A DNA stretch of 63,123 bases, filler included, from Nemertoderma westbladi (lineage: Eukaryota; Animalia; Xenacoelomorpha): NCBI GenBank assembly GCA_032718475.1. It is 3 parts of 3 records of this genome, joined end to end, with 100 filler letters (N's around TTAATTAATTAA, not from the genome) between each part and the next. Parts side by side here need not be neighbours in the genome. Positions count along the whole stretch, not along the records: positions 21,699 to 45,664 come from JAUCBJ010000269.1; 2 more parts are not named here. One strand, 5' to 3'. The notes beneath the pieces were generated by a model that was given only the letters and a program-made list of their open reading frames with translations, did not search any database and was not told the DNA's origin. Positions 21,599-34,221 of this stretch are shown here, in pieces. Each line of letters opens with the position of its first letter. The first letter of the stretch is position 1. The position numbers and the translations under genes are program-made.

Positions 21599-21698
21599 NN
21601 NNNNNNNNNNNNNNNNNNNNNNNNNNNNNNNNNNNNNNNNNNTTAATTAATTAANNNNNNNNNNNNNNNNNNNNNNNNNNNNNNNNNNNNNNNNNNNN
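21599..21698. other. Scaffold gap, 100 nt with TTAATTAATTAA spacer
   Basis: N-run with an artificial all-frame stop linker in the middle. Confidence 0.97.
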
Positions 21699-23401
21699 GT
21701 AAATCTGGAATACCAGATATCTCACAAGGACTCTCACCTCTCTTGCAGAGAGCGATACGTCACTACAGTTCCTGGAATCGGCTCTGTAAAGCTGTCACCT
21801 ATTTAAAACGATGTTTTCACCATCGTTACTCCGGGACAAAGACCCATAGTGATGATGCTCCATCAACATCTGCACGAGTCCATGTTGTTAAAGACCTTCC
21901 CCAATACAAGATATCCGACAGGTTTCTAAAGGAGAAGATCAGTTACCAGGAGCATGATGAAACCAACAAACAGATGCTGAGACTCCTACAATGTTATGAG
22001 GATTCCGATAAGTATTTCCTGTTGTTAAGAAATCCGCAGATGCGCTTAAGGGATCGCTTCTCTAGTACCATGATAGATGGGTTAATACGTGTTGGAGGTC
22101 GGCTCACCAACGCCCCGTTATCCTTTGACACTAAGTTTCCCATACTCATTAGAAATCTTGATATACAAATCAAGATGATTGTAGATGTTCATAGCAAACT
22201 GTACCATGCTGGTAGAGAACGAGTTCTGAGCGAAATTCGAACTCGCTACTATTTTTATAAACCCCGTAGGGCTCTGAACCAAGTTCTTAGGAACTGCATA
22301 CCCTGTAGGAAAGCATTCAGTAGGCCTTTGACACAGCGAGAGGCAGAATTACCTAGGGAAAGAGTAAGCTTCTATGAACCACCCTTTACTAATACCGGTG
22401 TGGATTTATTTGGCCCTATTGAAGTATATCGTGCCCGGACTATAGTCAAGAGATGGTGTGTCATCTTCGTTTGTATGACTTGTAGAGCTATCCATCTCGA
22501 TATGGTAAACGATCTATCCACCAACAGCTTCGTGTTGAGTTTACGACGACAGATCGCTCGCTTCGGAACCAGTAACACGATGAGATCGGATAAGGGAACG
22601 AACTTCATTGGCGCCAACAACGAAATTCAAGCTTACGTAAAGGACTGGAACAAAAGACAGGTGGACGATCAGCTAAGGATAACAGCGTCTAGCTGGACCT
22701 TCAACGCCGCCGACGCCCCTTGGTGGGGAGGAAGTTGGGAGAGATTGATTAGGAGCGTGAAGACTGCGTTCCACTTTATTGTGCCTTGTCGCGCTTATCT
22801 CACCGACGAACTATTGCGGACGTTAATGGAGGAAATCGCCGCCTATCTCAACGAAAGACCGCTTATGCCAGTCTCTTCAAATCCTGATTCCCTGGAAGCG
22901 CTAACACCCGCGCACTTTCTACTGAAGAAACCCGTAGCCATGCTCCCACGATCGGAGATCACAGACGGAGACGAGTACTGCCGTCGAACCTGGCAACTTA
23001 TGCAGTTGCTATCCCGTCGTTTCGCTGACCATTTCGAGAAACATTACCTGCCCACTCTACAACTTCGAACTAAGTGGTTTGCGCAGCAAGAAAACGTCAG
23101 CGCTGGAGACATGGTGCTTATTGTGGACCCCGATCTCCCACGTAAGCGATGGCAAACAGGACGTATCATCGAGACTTATATCTCGAGCGATGGTTTGGTG
23201 CGATCAGTAGAGCTCGTCGTCATGCGGCGGAACTTTAAGAAACCAGGGATAGTCTTTGAGACTCAACAGCTCAATCGCCCAGTGGGTCGTTTATGTTTAC
23301 TGGAAAGAGACAGAGAGCTCTCCGGAAACTATGGAAGGCAAGAAACTCTTCCCACGACCACTTCCCTAATCCAACCGACATCTAGGGACTCCCCAACTTA
23401 A
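21699..23401 (+). CDS. BEL/Pao LTR retrotransposon polyprotein C-terminus (integrase)
   Basis: GLIRVGGRL, HSKLYHAG...CIPC (HHCC), PFTNTGVDLFGP, SDKGTNF, APWWGGSWERLI, LTPAHFL, LQLRTKW, RPVGRL. Confidence 0.95.
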
Positions 23402-23419
23402 TATCGTTCGGAGTGGGCG

Positions 23420-23823
23420 TGTGACTCTATTATTTTATATTATTTTATTATTTTTATATTTATGTATGTATTACTATGTAATTTTATTATAATCGTTTTA
23501 TTTAATTTAGTAGAATATTATTTAGCGATTATTTTGTAGAATAGTGCAATATATTCGTGTTTATTACGTACGTAATTACTTATATTATATTTAGTGCGAC
23601 GGCGAAGAAATAATTATTTTTTCTCTTTCCTTACTGTCCGTATTATATTATAAATACGTAACTACAGTAAGATGAAATGTCCGTACTTATTAAAGTACAA
23701 TAAAGCCACTACTATATTTAAGTATTATTGGTAGGCAGAGTATTAGGAATGCAAAGTTCAGATCCTCGTGTCTCGGCTAAACCAAGCTCTGGGTAGACCT
23801 TGGAAACGACTTGCCTCTTCACA
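23420..23823 (+). mobile_element. 3' LTR of the BEL/Pao element (404 bp)
   Basis: GGAGTGGGCG PPT just after the stop; TGTGA...TCACA inverted termini; TATAAATA (~23648) followed by AATAAA (23699). Confidence 0.72.
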
Positions 23824-23919
23824 CTGACATTGCTTCGTGCGATATTGCTCTCATACCGTATATTAAATAATACATATAGTAGCGTGATGTCCCTTTAACA
23901 GTAGCGTATAACGCAAAAT

Positions 23920-24235
23920 AAATCTGTTAAACCCTTTGACCATCTGTAATTCTAGTCGATTAAGATATCGCGGCACCCACCGATATACTTGAAAGACAAA
24001 TTCTAGAATCAGTGGTTAACGTCCCCAGACAAGTTCTGGAATAAATCGGTGCCCATCTCAAATATTAATTATTTAATATTTGCAAATCTAATAAATCAAA
24101 ATCTGTAAAATTCAGATCCTTCAACAATTCTAGTCAATTAAGATATCGTAGCATTTACCGATATTCTTAAAAAAGACAATTGTCATAGAATTAAGGATCT
24201 TGTGTCCCTAGACATGTTCTAGAATCAAAATATGT
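23920..24235. repeat. Diverged ~180-bp tandem duplication
   Basis: AATTCTAGTC(G/A)ATTAAGATATCG...ACCGATAT...AAAGACAA...AGACA.GTTCT.GAAT at ~23947 and ~24126. Confidence 0.7.
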
Positions 24236-26177
24236 CCATTTAATTATCAAATAATAAAATTTCAGGGAATAAATTTAAATTCATGCCTTTTAATGAATTT
24301 AATAAATTGCCATTTTTACGCAATTTATAAAGTTCCCAAAATTCCATTAATTAATAGATCAAGGGAGCGGAGATTTATCTTATCATGCGTATGAGTGTGT
24401 GAAAGTCTCCCAAACATAGTCAATAGCCGATAAAATTCATAAAGTCATGTATAAAACAGAACATTGACTATTAAAGAATACTATTAAATAACATCCCAGA
24501 TCTGTATGCATTGGAATTACCCTAATTCTACCGCTAGCTTTGCATAATGTCACCATAGCAACAACCACGCTAGAATTAGAATTGAGTTAAAAGAACAATA
24601 GAAAGCTTGTCCCATTGAATAGCATAGGGAATAAATAGCGCACTACTAGTATCCAAGGATACATAATAATACAGTGACATTCTGGAAGGCATTGACTAAC
24701 GGACAAATGGCCCGAATGTGTGTAATTTGTGACAAGTTGTGTGTGTGGTATTTGTGAGTTTATAGGTGAATGTTACTGCTAAGGTGTGTTTACAGTAGCT
24801 AGTCGCAATCGTAAAAGTAACCTAACTCTCCAAGGAAAACCTGAAGTACATCTAAGCCTTTGGGACGGACAGTCGAGTGACTTGTGCCGGTTGTCGTTGT
24901 CGTTGTGCGGCTACGTCGTTGGCGAAAGTACAGCGGCGACGACACATCGGCGCTGAGGATCTCGTACTGTCCGGGGGTTGATTGGGGTAGGCAGCGACGC
25001 CCGCTCGCCTAAATATAAACTCATTATAATATGGATAAACTCATATATAGCAGATATGACGGAGTTGATAGAAGATGGTCTTGGTATCGGGGAGCGATAT
25101 ACTCTACTTTTACAAGCGTTTGTTGATAGCTTAATACGCGGCGACGTTAGTCCAACTGCTGCGGAGGACGATGGTCGTTATATCGAACCGCCAATGTCCC
25201 AAGAGCAGCTCGCGCGAGTTGGACTATAGAAAATTCGCTGCTCGATATACGCAGCGTAATGGTACGTATATGGGCTTCTTAACTACTGATCATCCTATCG
25301 ATTTACACAATACGGACTATGTCGACTATATATCCTGCCCAGCGGAGTCGGAACCATAAACTGAAATTCGAATGCGAAAATTCTATTCGAAATCGGCTCG
25401 AAAGAAAAGACATTAAAGAAACAAATAAACGCGGTAACTCCAACATATATTTGGAATTCTTGATAGAAGCATTGTAACAACAAATAAATATCATCCGCGT
25501 TTCCCCTACCAGACGTGCGTCTTTGGTATTATTACGGTAAATGCCCTAGACCCAGCCAATAAACGGAAAGACATAAACATCCACGGAAACGTTGTGTTAA
25601 ACACAGTTGTGTTCGTTATATTTACTGGAGTTTCGAGCGAAACTTGTTTGACGTATCACCTATGCTCACTCGGCTCTAACGATCCTAGAGTAAACCTACG
25701 ATCAGAGTCCCGGAATACTCGGTCAAACCTCCTCATTCCTTAGTTGGACCTCAGACCTGCGATCCTGGTGGTGTCGCGGATCCTCGCGGACGGTATTCAC
25801 TGTTCAAGATCTAGTGCTACCCTAACAATTAATCGGTAACACTCCGACAGTGATTTCTAGCTAGCCGCCCATCTTACCTAGCCGGATTATGACGCAGACA
25901 CCTAATATTACTATCCAACCGTATGGTCGTCCCGTTTAACGCAATACAACCCTTCATCAAGGTGAAGGAGAGCGTTGTACGACACGAGTTAAACGCTATT
26001 CTATAAAGATCAACAAAGAAACCTGCGTTTGTTCAGATAAACGTAAGTTATAACAGTAAGTCCAATCGATAAACGAATTGGCCTTATCTCAGTTCGATTG
26101 GGAAACCTCGAATCTCAAAGAAGATATCAAGCTTAGAAAACCCTATTCTCTGCGAGAGTTTTGGACGAACGTATCCC

Positions 26178-26384
26178 ATGACAAGCGGAGGAAAATCAGC
26201 TCGAGGAGAAGCATATCGAAATGGACGATACACTGACCGTAAACCCAAACCTTCTAATGCAATCATATTGCACCCTTCACCCAGGAGTTATGGCCCTCCT
26301 AGTAAAGTGGCTTCCCCCAAAGAGAAAATGACTCTTGCTAGCTTTAAAAAACTGCGTAAACGCCGTCCGCGCAAGAAAGACTAA
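26178..26384 (+). pseudogene. C-terminal remnant of the zinc-knuckle/basic-tail ORF in LTR element copy 2
   Basis: PSNAIILHPSPRSYGPPSKVASPKEKMTLASFKKLRKRRPRKKD is nearly identical to the end of 19097-20533. Confidence 0.8.
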
Positions 26385-26462
26385 CTGTTTAGAGTATTTA
26401 TGTATATTAGAAATTGTGATTTTGTATATTTTATAGACTTAAATCCCATTTTCTGGGAGCGG

Positions 26463-27480
26463 TGTAAAAGCTTTTGTGGGATAACTGATTCGTTTGCCTT
26501 GTTGGCCAGTTCCCCCCCGGTCGCTAGAATACTCTAAAGGGATCTATAGCTAAAATAGTGCAAGCTACCAGCTTATTGGCTGATTTGCTGTACGCAGGTA
26601 TCTGGGCTCTGTTTAATCGGCCAACCAGCCTAGGGAGGTTGCGTCATAGCCTTGTTTTTGTATCTCCCAATAGAATTTGAGTTAGCCTTGATTTTGACCT
26701 ATCACAGAAATTTTCCTATCTCACTGCTCTTTCTCTGTGTTGAACGGGAGCTTCGTGGAATAAGGGTAGTTGGTATCCTCGTATAGAGTAGTAGTCACGA
26801 GTTTTTAAAAGCCACGAAAGAACGGCTTTGTAGTGTTTTGTGCTTTCTGCTTTTTAGCTCAACACTAGTAGGTTTAATTATAAGGACATATATCCTTTAA
26901 CTGCTGACGTATAACTGCTGCTAAATATCACTCTGTGAATATCACTCTGCAATTTCGTAGTCACGAATCACGGCGTGACTCGGCTCAATCAATACTGTAT
27001 ACTGCTATTTGTTGTCGGTTATTCATTATATTTGTTGATGAATTATTATATTGGAATAACGAGAAATAACCCCGAAAACCCAATATTCTTGATATACCGA
27101 AGGTAAGAGAGAAAGGTTACCAATAACGATTGTGACTTATGTTAAAGTGGTTTGAAGTGAATCTAATGTTATTTGATAGACCCTACATGAGTCAGTCTGT
27201 GTTCCTTTTATATGTGACTAAAATCAGTGAAGATTGGCAGATTAGTGTGCAGTATTGTGCAGCATTGTGTACGAGTGAGTCTGTTAAAGAAGCATTTCCT
27301 AAAGAATGCGCCATATATGTGAATTATAATTAAGCCATATCGTTGTGAGTAGTTTAAGTCATAACTCTGTTTATATAAATAAAGCGCCACGTCCTAAAGG
27401 AACTGTTAATATTCCCTAAGGTGAATAATATTGTCAGAGATTATATAATACTGTCAGTCGAATAATACATTAGGCTTACA
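26463..27480 (+). mobile_element. 3' LTR (copy 2, ~1018 bp) of the unclassified LTR family
   Basis: GGGAGCGG PPT, TGTAA...TTACA termini, AATAAA near 27378, homology to 20612-21598. Confidence 0.7.
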
Positions 27481-27939
27481 TAGCAATAAAAATTAAACCG
27501 TCGAACCCAATCTCCCGGGAATATCCAGCGGGTGAATGATCGCGCACAGATTGGTTTCGACTAGTGTAGTTAATCAAATACTTGTCATAGGCTAAAAAGC
27601 GATTTAATATCTAGAAGACATCTTAATTTGGCGGGTTAAACTGCCAAAGGTCTGAAAGCGCGAACAGTTATGGATGGGATAATTTATAATTTGTTACTTA
27701 AAATTTTTCTGTCAATTTACTGTCAAAAATTCTGTCAAGTATTTAGATAAATAAAGGTAGAAAAACAAACTTAGTAAAAGAACTGCGATGCATGTTTATG
27801 AATTAAGTGGGTTAATAGTGTGCAAGTAATTGTGATTCATGCGTCGGTTAGAGTATTTAAGTAATGGCGTTTTACTTGGTGTTTAAAAGACCAATTTGGA
27901 CCTTATTATTTCTGTAAAAATGCTTTAAACCATCTCTAC

Positions 27940-30418
27940 AGTTTTTGCTGGTGACCTGAATGCCCAAATTGGCCCAGAAGACATCAAGGGTTACACCTAT
28001 AACACCAGTTCTAACAGAAATGGGTACTTACTTTTAGACCTAATGGAAGAATGTGAATTGATACCAACAAACAACACATTCGAAAAGAGTAAGGGGAAGC
28101 TATGGACCTTTCAATACCCTAATGGAACCAAAGCACAACTGGATTACATCCTCATAAACAAAAAGTGGAGAAACAGCATGATCAACTGCGAGGCATACAG
28201 CTCGTTCAACCTAATTGGTTCGGACCACAGAAGTGTGACCGCAGAGATCAGACTCAGTTTGAGAGCCTGCAAACCCAGGACAAGCAAGCAAATCAAATAT
28301 GACTGGGAAAATCTTAGAACTGACAATGCTGTAAAGGATGCTTATACAGTAGAAGTTCAAAACCGCTTTGAAGCACTTCAGTCAATGGATGAAGACCAAT
28401 CCACCAATTCAATATACCAGAATATAATAACAGCCCACAAGGAATCAGCTAAGAGGCATATCCCCAAGAAACCCAAACGAAAACAATATGTGCCATGGCA
28501 AAACTCTGAGGTTACTTGTAAGAGAGAAGATCTTAAGATAGCCTACAAAGTTAAAACCGAACAACCAACAACCGAAAACATTAACAAGGTTGAGAAAGCT
28601 AAGGACGATCTTAAATTGGCCTACAACATCAGCCAGGAAAAGTACATACAGGATAAAACTGAAGCAATTACAACTGCTCACATACAGCAACAATCAAGAC
28701 TTACCTGGCAAACTGTAAATGAGGTATCTGGTCGGAAAAGTTGTGCAAAGGGGCGCCTCAAAGACGATAGTCCTGAAGAACGTGTTGGGAAGTGGAAAAA
28801 TCACTTCAGCAACTTGCTTGGGCAGCCACCCAACATCGAGGTCAGCCCTACAAGGAAAATATATGACAAGACACTACCTATAGAAACAGGGGACTTCACA
28901 CCTGCCGAACTCCAAAGAAGCATTAAAAGCATGTCCAATAATAAAGCGAGTGGATTAGATGAAATCCCAGCGGAGGTATGGAAAACCGGAGTGCTAAACA
29001 GACCATTATTGAATGTTTGCAACCGGATGTTAAAAGGGGAAAAGCCACCACCAATTTGGACTAAAGGTCAACTAAAGCCTCTCCCCAAGAAAGGAGACCT
29101 CGGCATACCAACAAACTATCGTGGGATCTGTCTGATTGTGGTAGCTGCCAAAATATACAATAAAATGAATGGGAGAATCTTTTAGGCTCGTTAAGCCAAC
29201 GAATGCTTGTTCACCACCATGTGATCTTCCACAGTAAACCCTTCCACTCTTTAATTAATAAAATGATTCTATATAGGATTAGGCCTCACATAGAGAAACT
29301 ACTGCGTAAGAGCCAAAACGGATTTCGACCAAGTAGATCAACAATAGCTCAGATACTTGCACTACGGAGACTGATTGAAGGAATTAAGTCAAAGAATCTC
29401 CCCGCTGTCATGACTTTTGTGGACTTCAAGAAGGCATTCGACTCCATCCATAGAGGTAAAATGCTTGAAATCCTAAGAGCTTATAGAATACCAGAAGTAA
29501 TTGTTGCTGGCATTGGATTGTTATATTGTGAGACAGAAGCGCAGGTACTCTCACCAGATGGTGAAACTGAGTTTTTCTCAATCCTGGCTGGCGTACTGCA
29601 AGGTGACACATTAGCGCCATTACTATTTGTAATTGTGCTGGATTACGCAATGAGTACGGCCACAAAGACCTGGGATTCACACTTCAAGAACGCAGAAGTA
29701 GTAGATATCCGGCAACTACAGTCACAGACACCGACTTTGCGGATGATATCGCCCTGCTCTCTAATACCCTAGCAGACGCACAGCTTCTACTAAATAAAGT
29801 GGAGAGGGCTGCTAAGGAGGTTGGATTGCATATAAATGCTACAAAGACCGAATTCATGACCTTTAATGTTGATGGAAACTTGACAACCATTGATAATAAT
29901 CAACTAAGGAAGGTCGATGACTTCCAGTACCTTGGATCATGGATAGAGAGTAGCAAAAAGGACATAGAAGTTAGGAAAGCAAAGGCTTGGGTAGCTCTAT
30001 CAAAAATGGATACCATCTGGAAATCAGATCTCTCCAGGCACCTGAAGACTAAGTTCTTTCGAGCCACAGTGGAAAGTGTATTTTTATATGGGGGTGAGAC
30101 CTGGACACTGACTAAATCACTTGAACAACGAATTGATGGTTGCTACACAAGACTACTAAGGGCAGCCCTAAACATCAGCTGGAGACAACGCATGACAAAC
30201 GCCGAGCTTTATGGTACAATACCACCTGTATCAACCACCCTCCGTGAACGCAGATTAAGATTCAGTGGGCACGCTGGCGAAGTAAAGACGAGGTCATACC
30301 AGATCTACTTTTCTGGCAACCAACTCATGGAAAGCGTAGTCGTGGACGACCGGCCATAACATATATAGATCAACTTGAAAGGGATACTGAACTTTGGAGA
30401 AACGAAATTGCGACAACT
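27940..30418 (+). mobile_element. RTE family B, long copy (APE C-half + RT), disrupted
   Basis: AGDLNAQIG, LDYIL, SDHR, QGDTLAP, FADD, FQYLGS; broken by an 88-bp insert and frameshifts. Confidence 0.95.
29169..29256 (+). mobile_element. 88-bp insertion with 10-bp target-site duplication, containing a monomer of the 63-bp minisatellite
   Basis: AATAAAATGA at 29159-29168 and 29257-29266; the empty site is present in the RTE copy at ~15500-15550. Confidence 0.85.
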
Positions 30419-30639
30419 CGCATTCATTGTGGTTTAATATAGCAAATATGTTGCTATAAACAAACATAGGTATAGCTATCCATCACCGTGTTCTAGAACA
30501 TAATCGGAATACACTGTGATTATCATAAATGCGTTCAATTCCTATGTGAAATTTCAGGTTCAAAAAAACTGTGGAGATGGTTTATTAGCATTATTAAAGA
30601 AAGAATGAGGTCCAAAACTTCTATGTAGCCCTAATAACA

Positions 30640-31985
30640 CGTTCGTGGGGCCTTCGCGCAGCACGAGGCCCAGTTATGAGATACAAATTAAAATTGAGCG
30701 ACTGTATCACAAAATCAGGTTTTGAGAAATTTACCCACACCACCAATCAATCCAAGAAAGGGGGACAGTACGTGTTCACCCCTTTTAATCTCTCCACCCC
30801 CCCCACCCTTCCCAACCACCAATACATAACCGCGACATCTACCACCCACGGAAGGGTAGAACGAACTTATTTCCAATCGCACGTTCAATATGCAAAGCCA
30901 GGTGGTGTATAGGAATATAGTCAACGCCGTACTCGTCTTAATTAAGCGTCGTTGCGCTCGTCCTGTTTTGTATTTAAATATATTTCCTAAACGCAGACTG
31001 GCAATCTTTATAATTATGGATACGTGCAATATGCGAAACCAGGAATGGTTTATAGGAATATAATCAATGCAGAACGCAGTACTAAATGCAGTCGATGCAG
31101 TAATGATATTCAAATAATTAATTTAATACCAGTACCCTCTGTTAATGCCTCAGTGTAAAAACTTAGACAATTCAACTACAAAGAAATCCCATCAAAAAAT
31201 AATAAGCCCAATATTTATGAGGAAAAAACAAGTATGGATATAAATAAGTCTTCTGCAGTGGTAAAATGTTATTGACTGACATTTATTAAACGAGATCTGT
31301 CTAACACGCAATAACACAATAATAGACTGAATAGTAGGGAATTCAGATTTCCATCTCGTTAGCTAGCTATGGCCAATCTGTCTACCGGCCTGTACACATG
31401 TGGTTACTTACATTCGCATTCCCATTGAAGAGCAACTGGCTGTTCTACACACACCAAACATCCTTCCCATCCTATGTACCAGCACTGAGCCAACTTGGAT
31501 GTTAACCAATAAATGAGCAGTATTTAATGAGAATCAATTTTTTATGCCGTTTTAATTACTTTAGATCAATTAAAGACACAATTATTAAAGCAAATCACTT
31601 GAACTAATTAAAAACTATAATAGAATGGAGTATGTGGATTACATCTGTATAATTTTTAAGTATAATTATTTAAATCTTATACTGTAAAACAATTAATTTC
31701 CTTTAAAAGGCAGGTTGAAAATGGTGTTTTCACCGTAATCAACTTAATTAACGAATTAACTGCTATTATCTTAGCTTCTCGAAGGCCACACGGAAATTCT
31801 ACTTGGAAAATTTCTAAACTTTTGCCAAACAACATGTGTACCAAGTTTGGATAGATTTCATCAAAGATTGGCCGAGTTATTAACGTTTAAAATTGAACGC
31901 GACAGAACGACAGAACGACAGAACGACAGGTTGATTAATGGTACCACTACGCTAAGGCTCACTCACTTCGTGGCTCGCCCCACAT
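30640..31985 (-). mobile_element. Non-autonomous DINE-1/HINE (Helentron)-like element
   Basis: GTGGGG...CCCCAC subterminal inverted motif, terminal hairpin GGGCCTTCGCG-CAG-CACGAGGCCC, (GACAGAAC)3 repeat; both ends shared with 50338-51305. Confidence 0.5.
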
Positions 31986-32112
31986 TCGTAAATTCAGTAG
32001 GCCTAGGCCTATAATACTAGATAGGACAACCCCTACAGAGCCGCTACAAACGAATAAAAAGAATTTTAAACAATGAACATTACATTGTTGTGTCTAACTA
32101 ATAATATAAAAT

Positions 32113-32350
32113 ATCTTTATAACTAAAATTAGCCTAAATCAAACAATAGTAAACTGTATGCTGTTAGCTAGTGAATGTTGTTAGCGTTGTCTAGCGACAA
32201 AGTGGAACAGAAAGTGGAACAGTAAATTAGCACCTACCATATCTTAATCTTTATAACTAAAATTAGCCTACATCAAACAATAGTAAACTGTATGCTGTTA
32301 GCTAGTGAATGTTGTTAGCGTTGCCTAGCGACAAAGTGGAACAGTAAATC
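32113..32350. repeat. Two-copy direct repeat, ~134-bp period
   Basis: ATCTTTATAACTAAAATTAGCCTA...GCGACAAAGTGGAACAG at ~32113 and ~32247. Confidence 0.9.
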
Positions 32351-32376
32351 AGAGCGTTTAAACTAAGATTTTACCG

Positions 32377-34040
32377 CTACTACTACTAGGATCGGCATGC
32401 TGCATTGCAGCTGCATTTTTAAGAATGATGTGCCGGCTTATCGACAAAATTGCACCGCCACAACTCCCTATCACCCATGACAGGTCATCCGCATCTTTAA
32501 GGCCAGTGTCCTTTAAGATGCGTCTCAAGAAAGTCATGGGCTGTCCACCATGCTTATTCACTCCATGAGGCTGCCAAAGTACAAGATTATGCACTGGCTG
32601 GTCCTCACGGCGAAAGCATTGTCCTGCAAAGCGGAGGCGATTTGGTTCTAGTGTCAAGCTTGGGGGAACCAATGAGACACCTCCAATGTTATATAGTGTC
32701 TGATTGAAGATGTGTGCATTGTACTTGACACAATAAACCCGGCGTAGCATTCTTGTGAATGTGCCATCCAGAGATTTGGTGTCCTCAGCAGTTAGAGCCC
32801 AGCATGGACTCCCATAGAGGAGTACTGGAACTACTGCTGCTCTAAATAATCGGACCTTAAGTTTCCGATTATTTCTCGGTGACTTCCAAATCCTGGAAAG
32901 CCTATTCAAGGCTGCCCATGCCTTTCCCTTACGTATTCGTAGTCAACCACAATTATGAACAAGAATGGTGCAAGTGTGTCTCCCTGGAGGACGCCCCATA
33001 ACACTTCAAATGGTTCTGTGTCACCATCAACAGTAGACACAAATGTTGTCCAACCATCGTATACTGATCTGATTGCTGCAATAATTTCATCAGGAATCCC
33101 ATATAATGAAAGTATGCTGAACATACGTAAGCGAGAGACTGAATCAAAGGCCTTGAAGAAATCAACAAAGATAACAGCCAGATGCCCGTCTTTCTTTTTT
33201 GATAACTCTTCAATTATCCTTCTAAGTGCCGAAATGGGCTCCATGGTCCCACGACCTTTACGGAACCCATTCTGATTTCCACGGAGCAGTCTCTCAATGG
33301 GATCCCTGATGCGATTTAATAGAATTCTATTGTATAGCTTTGCAGCAATCGAGATCAATGAGATTCCCCGAAATGAACCATAGAGTGTTAGGTTGCCCTT
33401 CTTGGGAAATGGCACCAACTTATTTGTTTTCATTTCTTGTGGGACTCTTGTTGTTCGGTACATGTCTACTATGATGGGATAGATGAGCTTTAAACACTCA
33501 GGTATTTTAAAGACCTCAGGGGGAACACCATCTACTCCACTGGTACGATTGGTCGTAATGCTCTTTGCAGCAGCCTTCACTTCTGCAAAGGAGATATCGC
33601 CAATGGGAATATCTGGGAGTACAGACTCAGAAACTTTTACTTCTATAAAGTTATCAGGCAATACCCTGTCATTATTGAGGAGCTTTTCAAAGTGGGCCTT
33701 CCAACCATTGAGGCGATCGGCTGGTGATTCTGCCTTAACCTTGGTGGTTGGTTGGCTTTTCCGCCCAATAAGCAAGTTGATCGATTTCCATGCCTGGGAT
33801 GATTGCCTGCTGTCGTCAGCATCATTGATGGCATCAACCTGTTGGTTTATTAGCTCCTGTAAATTAACAGAGTACTGCCTGTTCAGAGACCTAGATGCAG
33901 CCTTAACTGCATTCTTGGCCGCTGTAGTCTGTTTGAGTCGGGAATCTTTCTGCGCCTTGTAGAGGTCGTTTCGGCACTTCTGAATTTTGTTGTCAGTCCA
34001 GGGGACCATTTTACCGCGCTGGTGTATAAACCCCTTCAAT
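32377..34040 (-). mobile_element. RTE family A, long copy with internal deletion of the catalytic RT segment
   Basis: GNQNGFRKGR, FVDFFKAFDS, QGDTLAPFLFIIVVDY joined directly to the KAWAALNR region at ~32938 (no ADD motif); GATCCTAG(TAG)n tail. Confidence 0.93.
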
Positions 34041-34221
34041 CTCAGCCGGAACTCGATGAAATTAAAAACGGTTTTCAGATCGTGATCAGCACACCTTTTT
34101 ACATTTTATGAACGTGTTTATAGAAAATTATTTTTTTGAGTCACCAACCCTATTATTTAATATAGAGCTCATAGATTTAATAGGAAAACGCGAAGGAGTA
34201 ATTGTGAGCGCTCTGAATGTT

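Noticed and set aside
21643-21654. TTAATTAATTAA between N-runs (also 45709-45720)
   Set aside because: Artificial scaffold spacer.
20612-27480. One BEL element bounded by the two ~1-kb LTRs
   Set aside because: Both LTRs are preceded by PPT and ORF tail (both are 3' LTRs), they are diverged, and the integrase has its own PPT and LTR at 23420-23823.
31405-31445. Possible small downstream BTB exon with a GTAAGT donor on the minus strand
   Set aside because: Weak acceptor, no BACK-like translation, lies inside a putative repeat.
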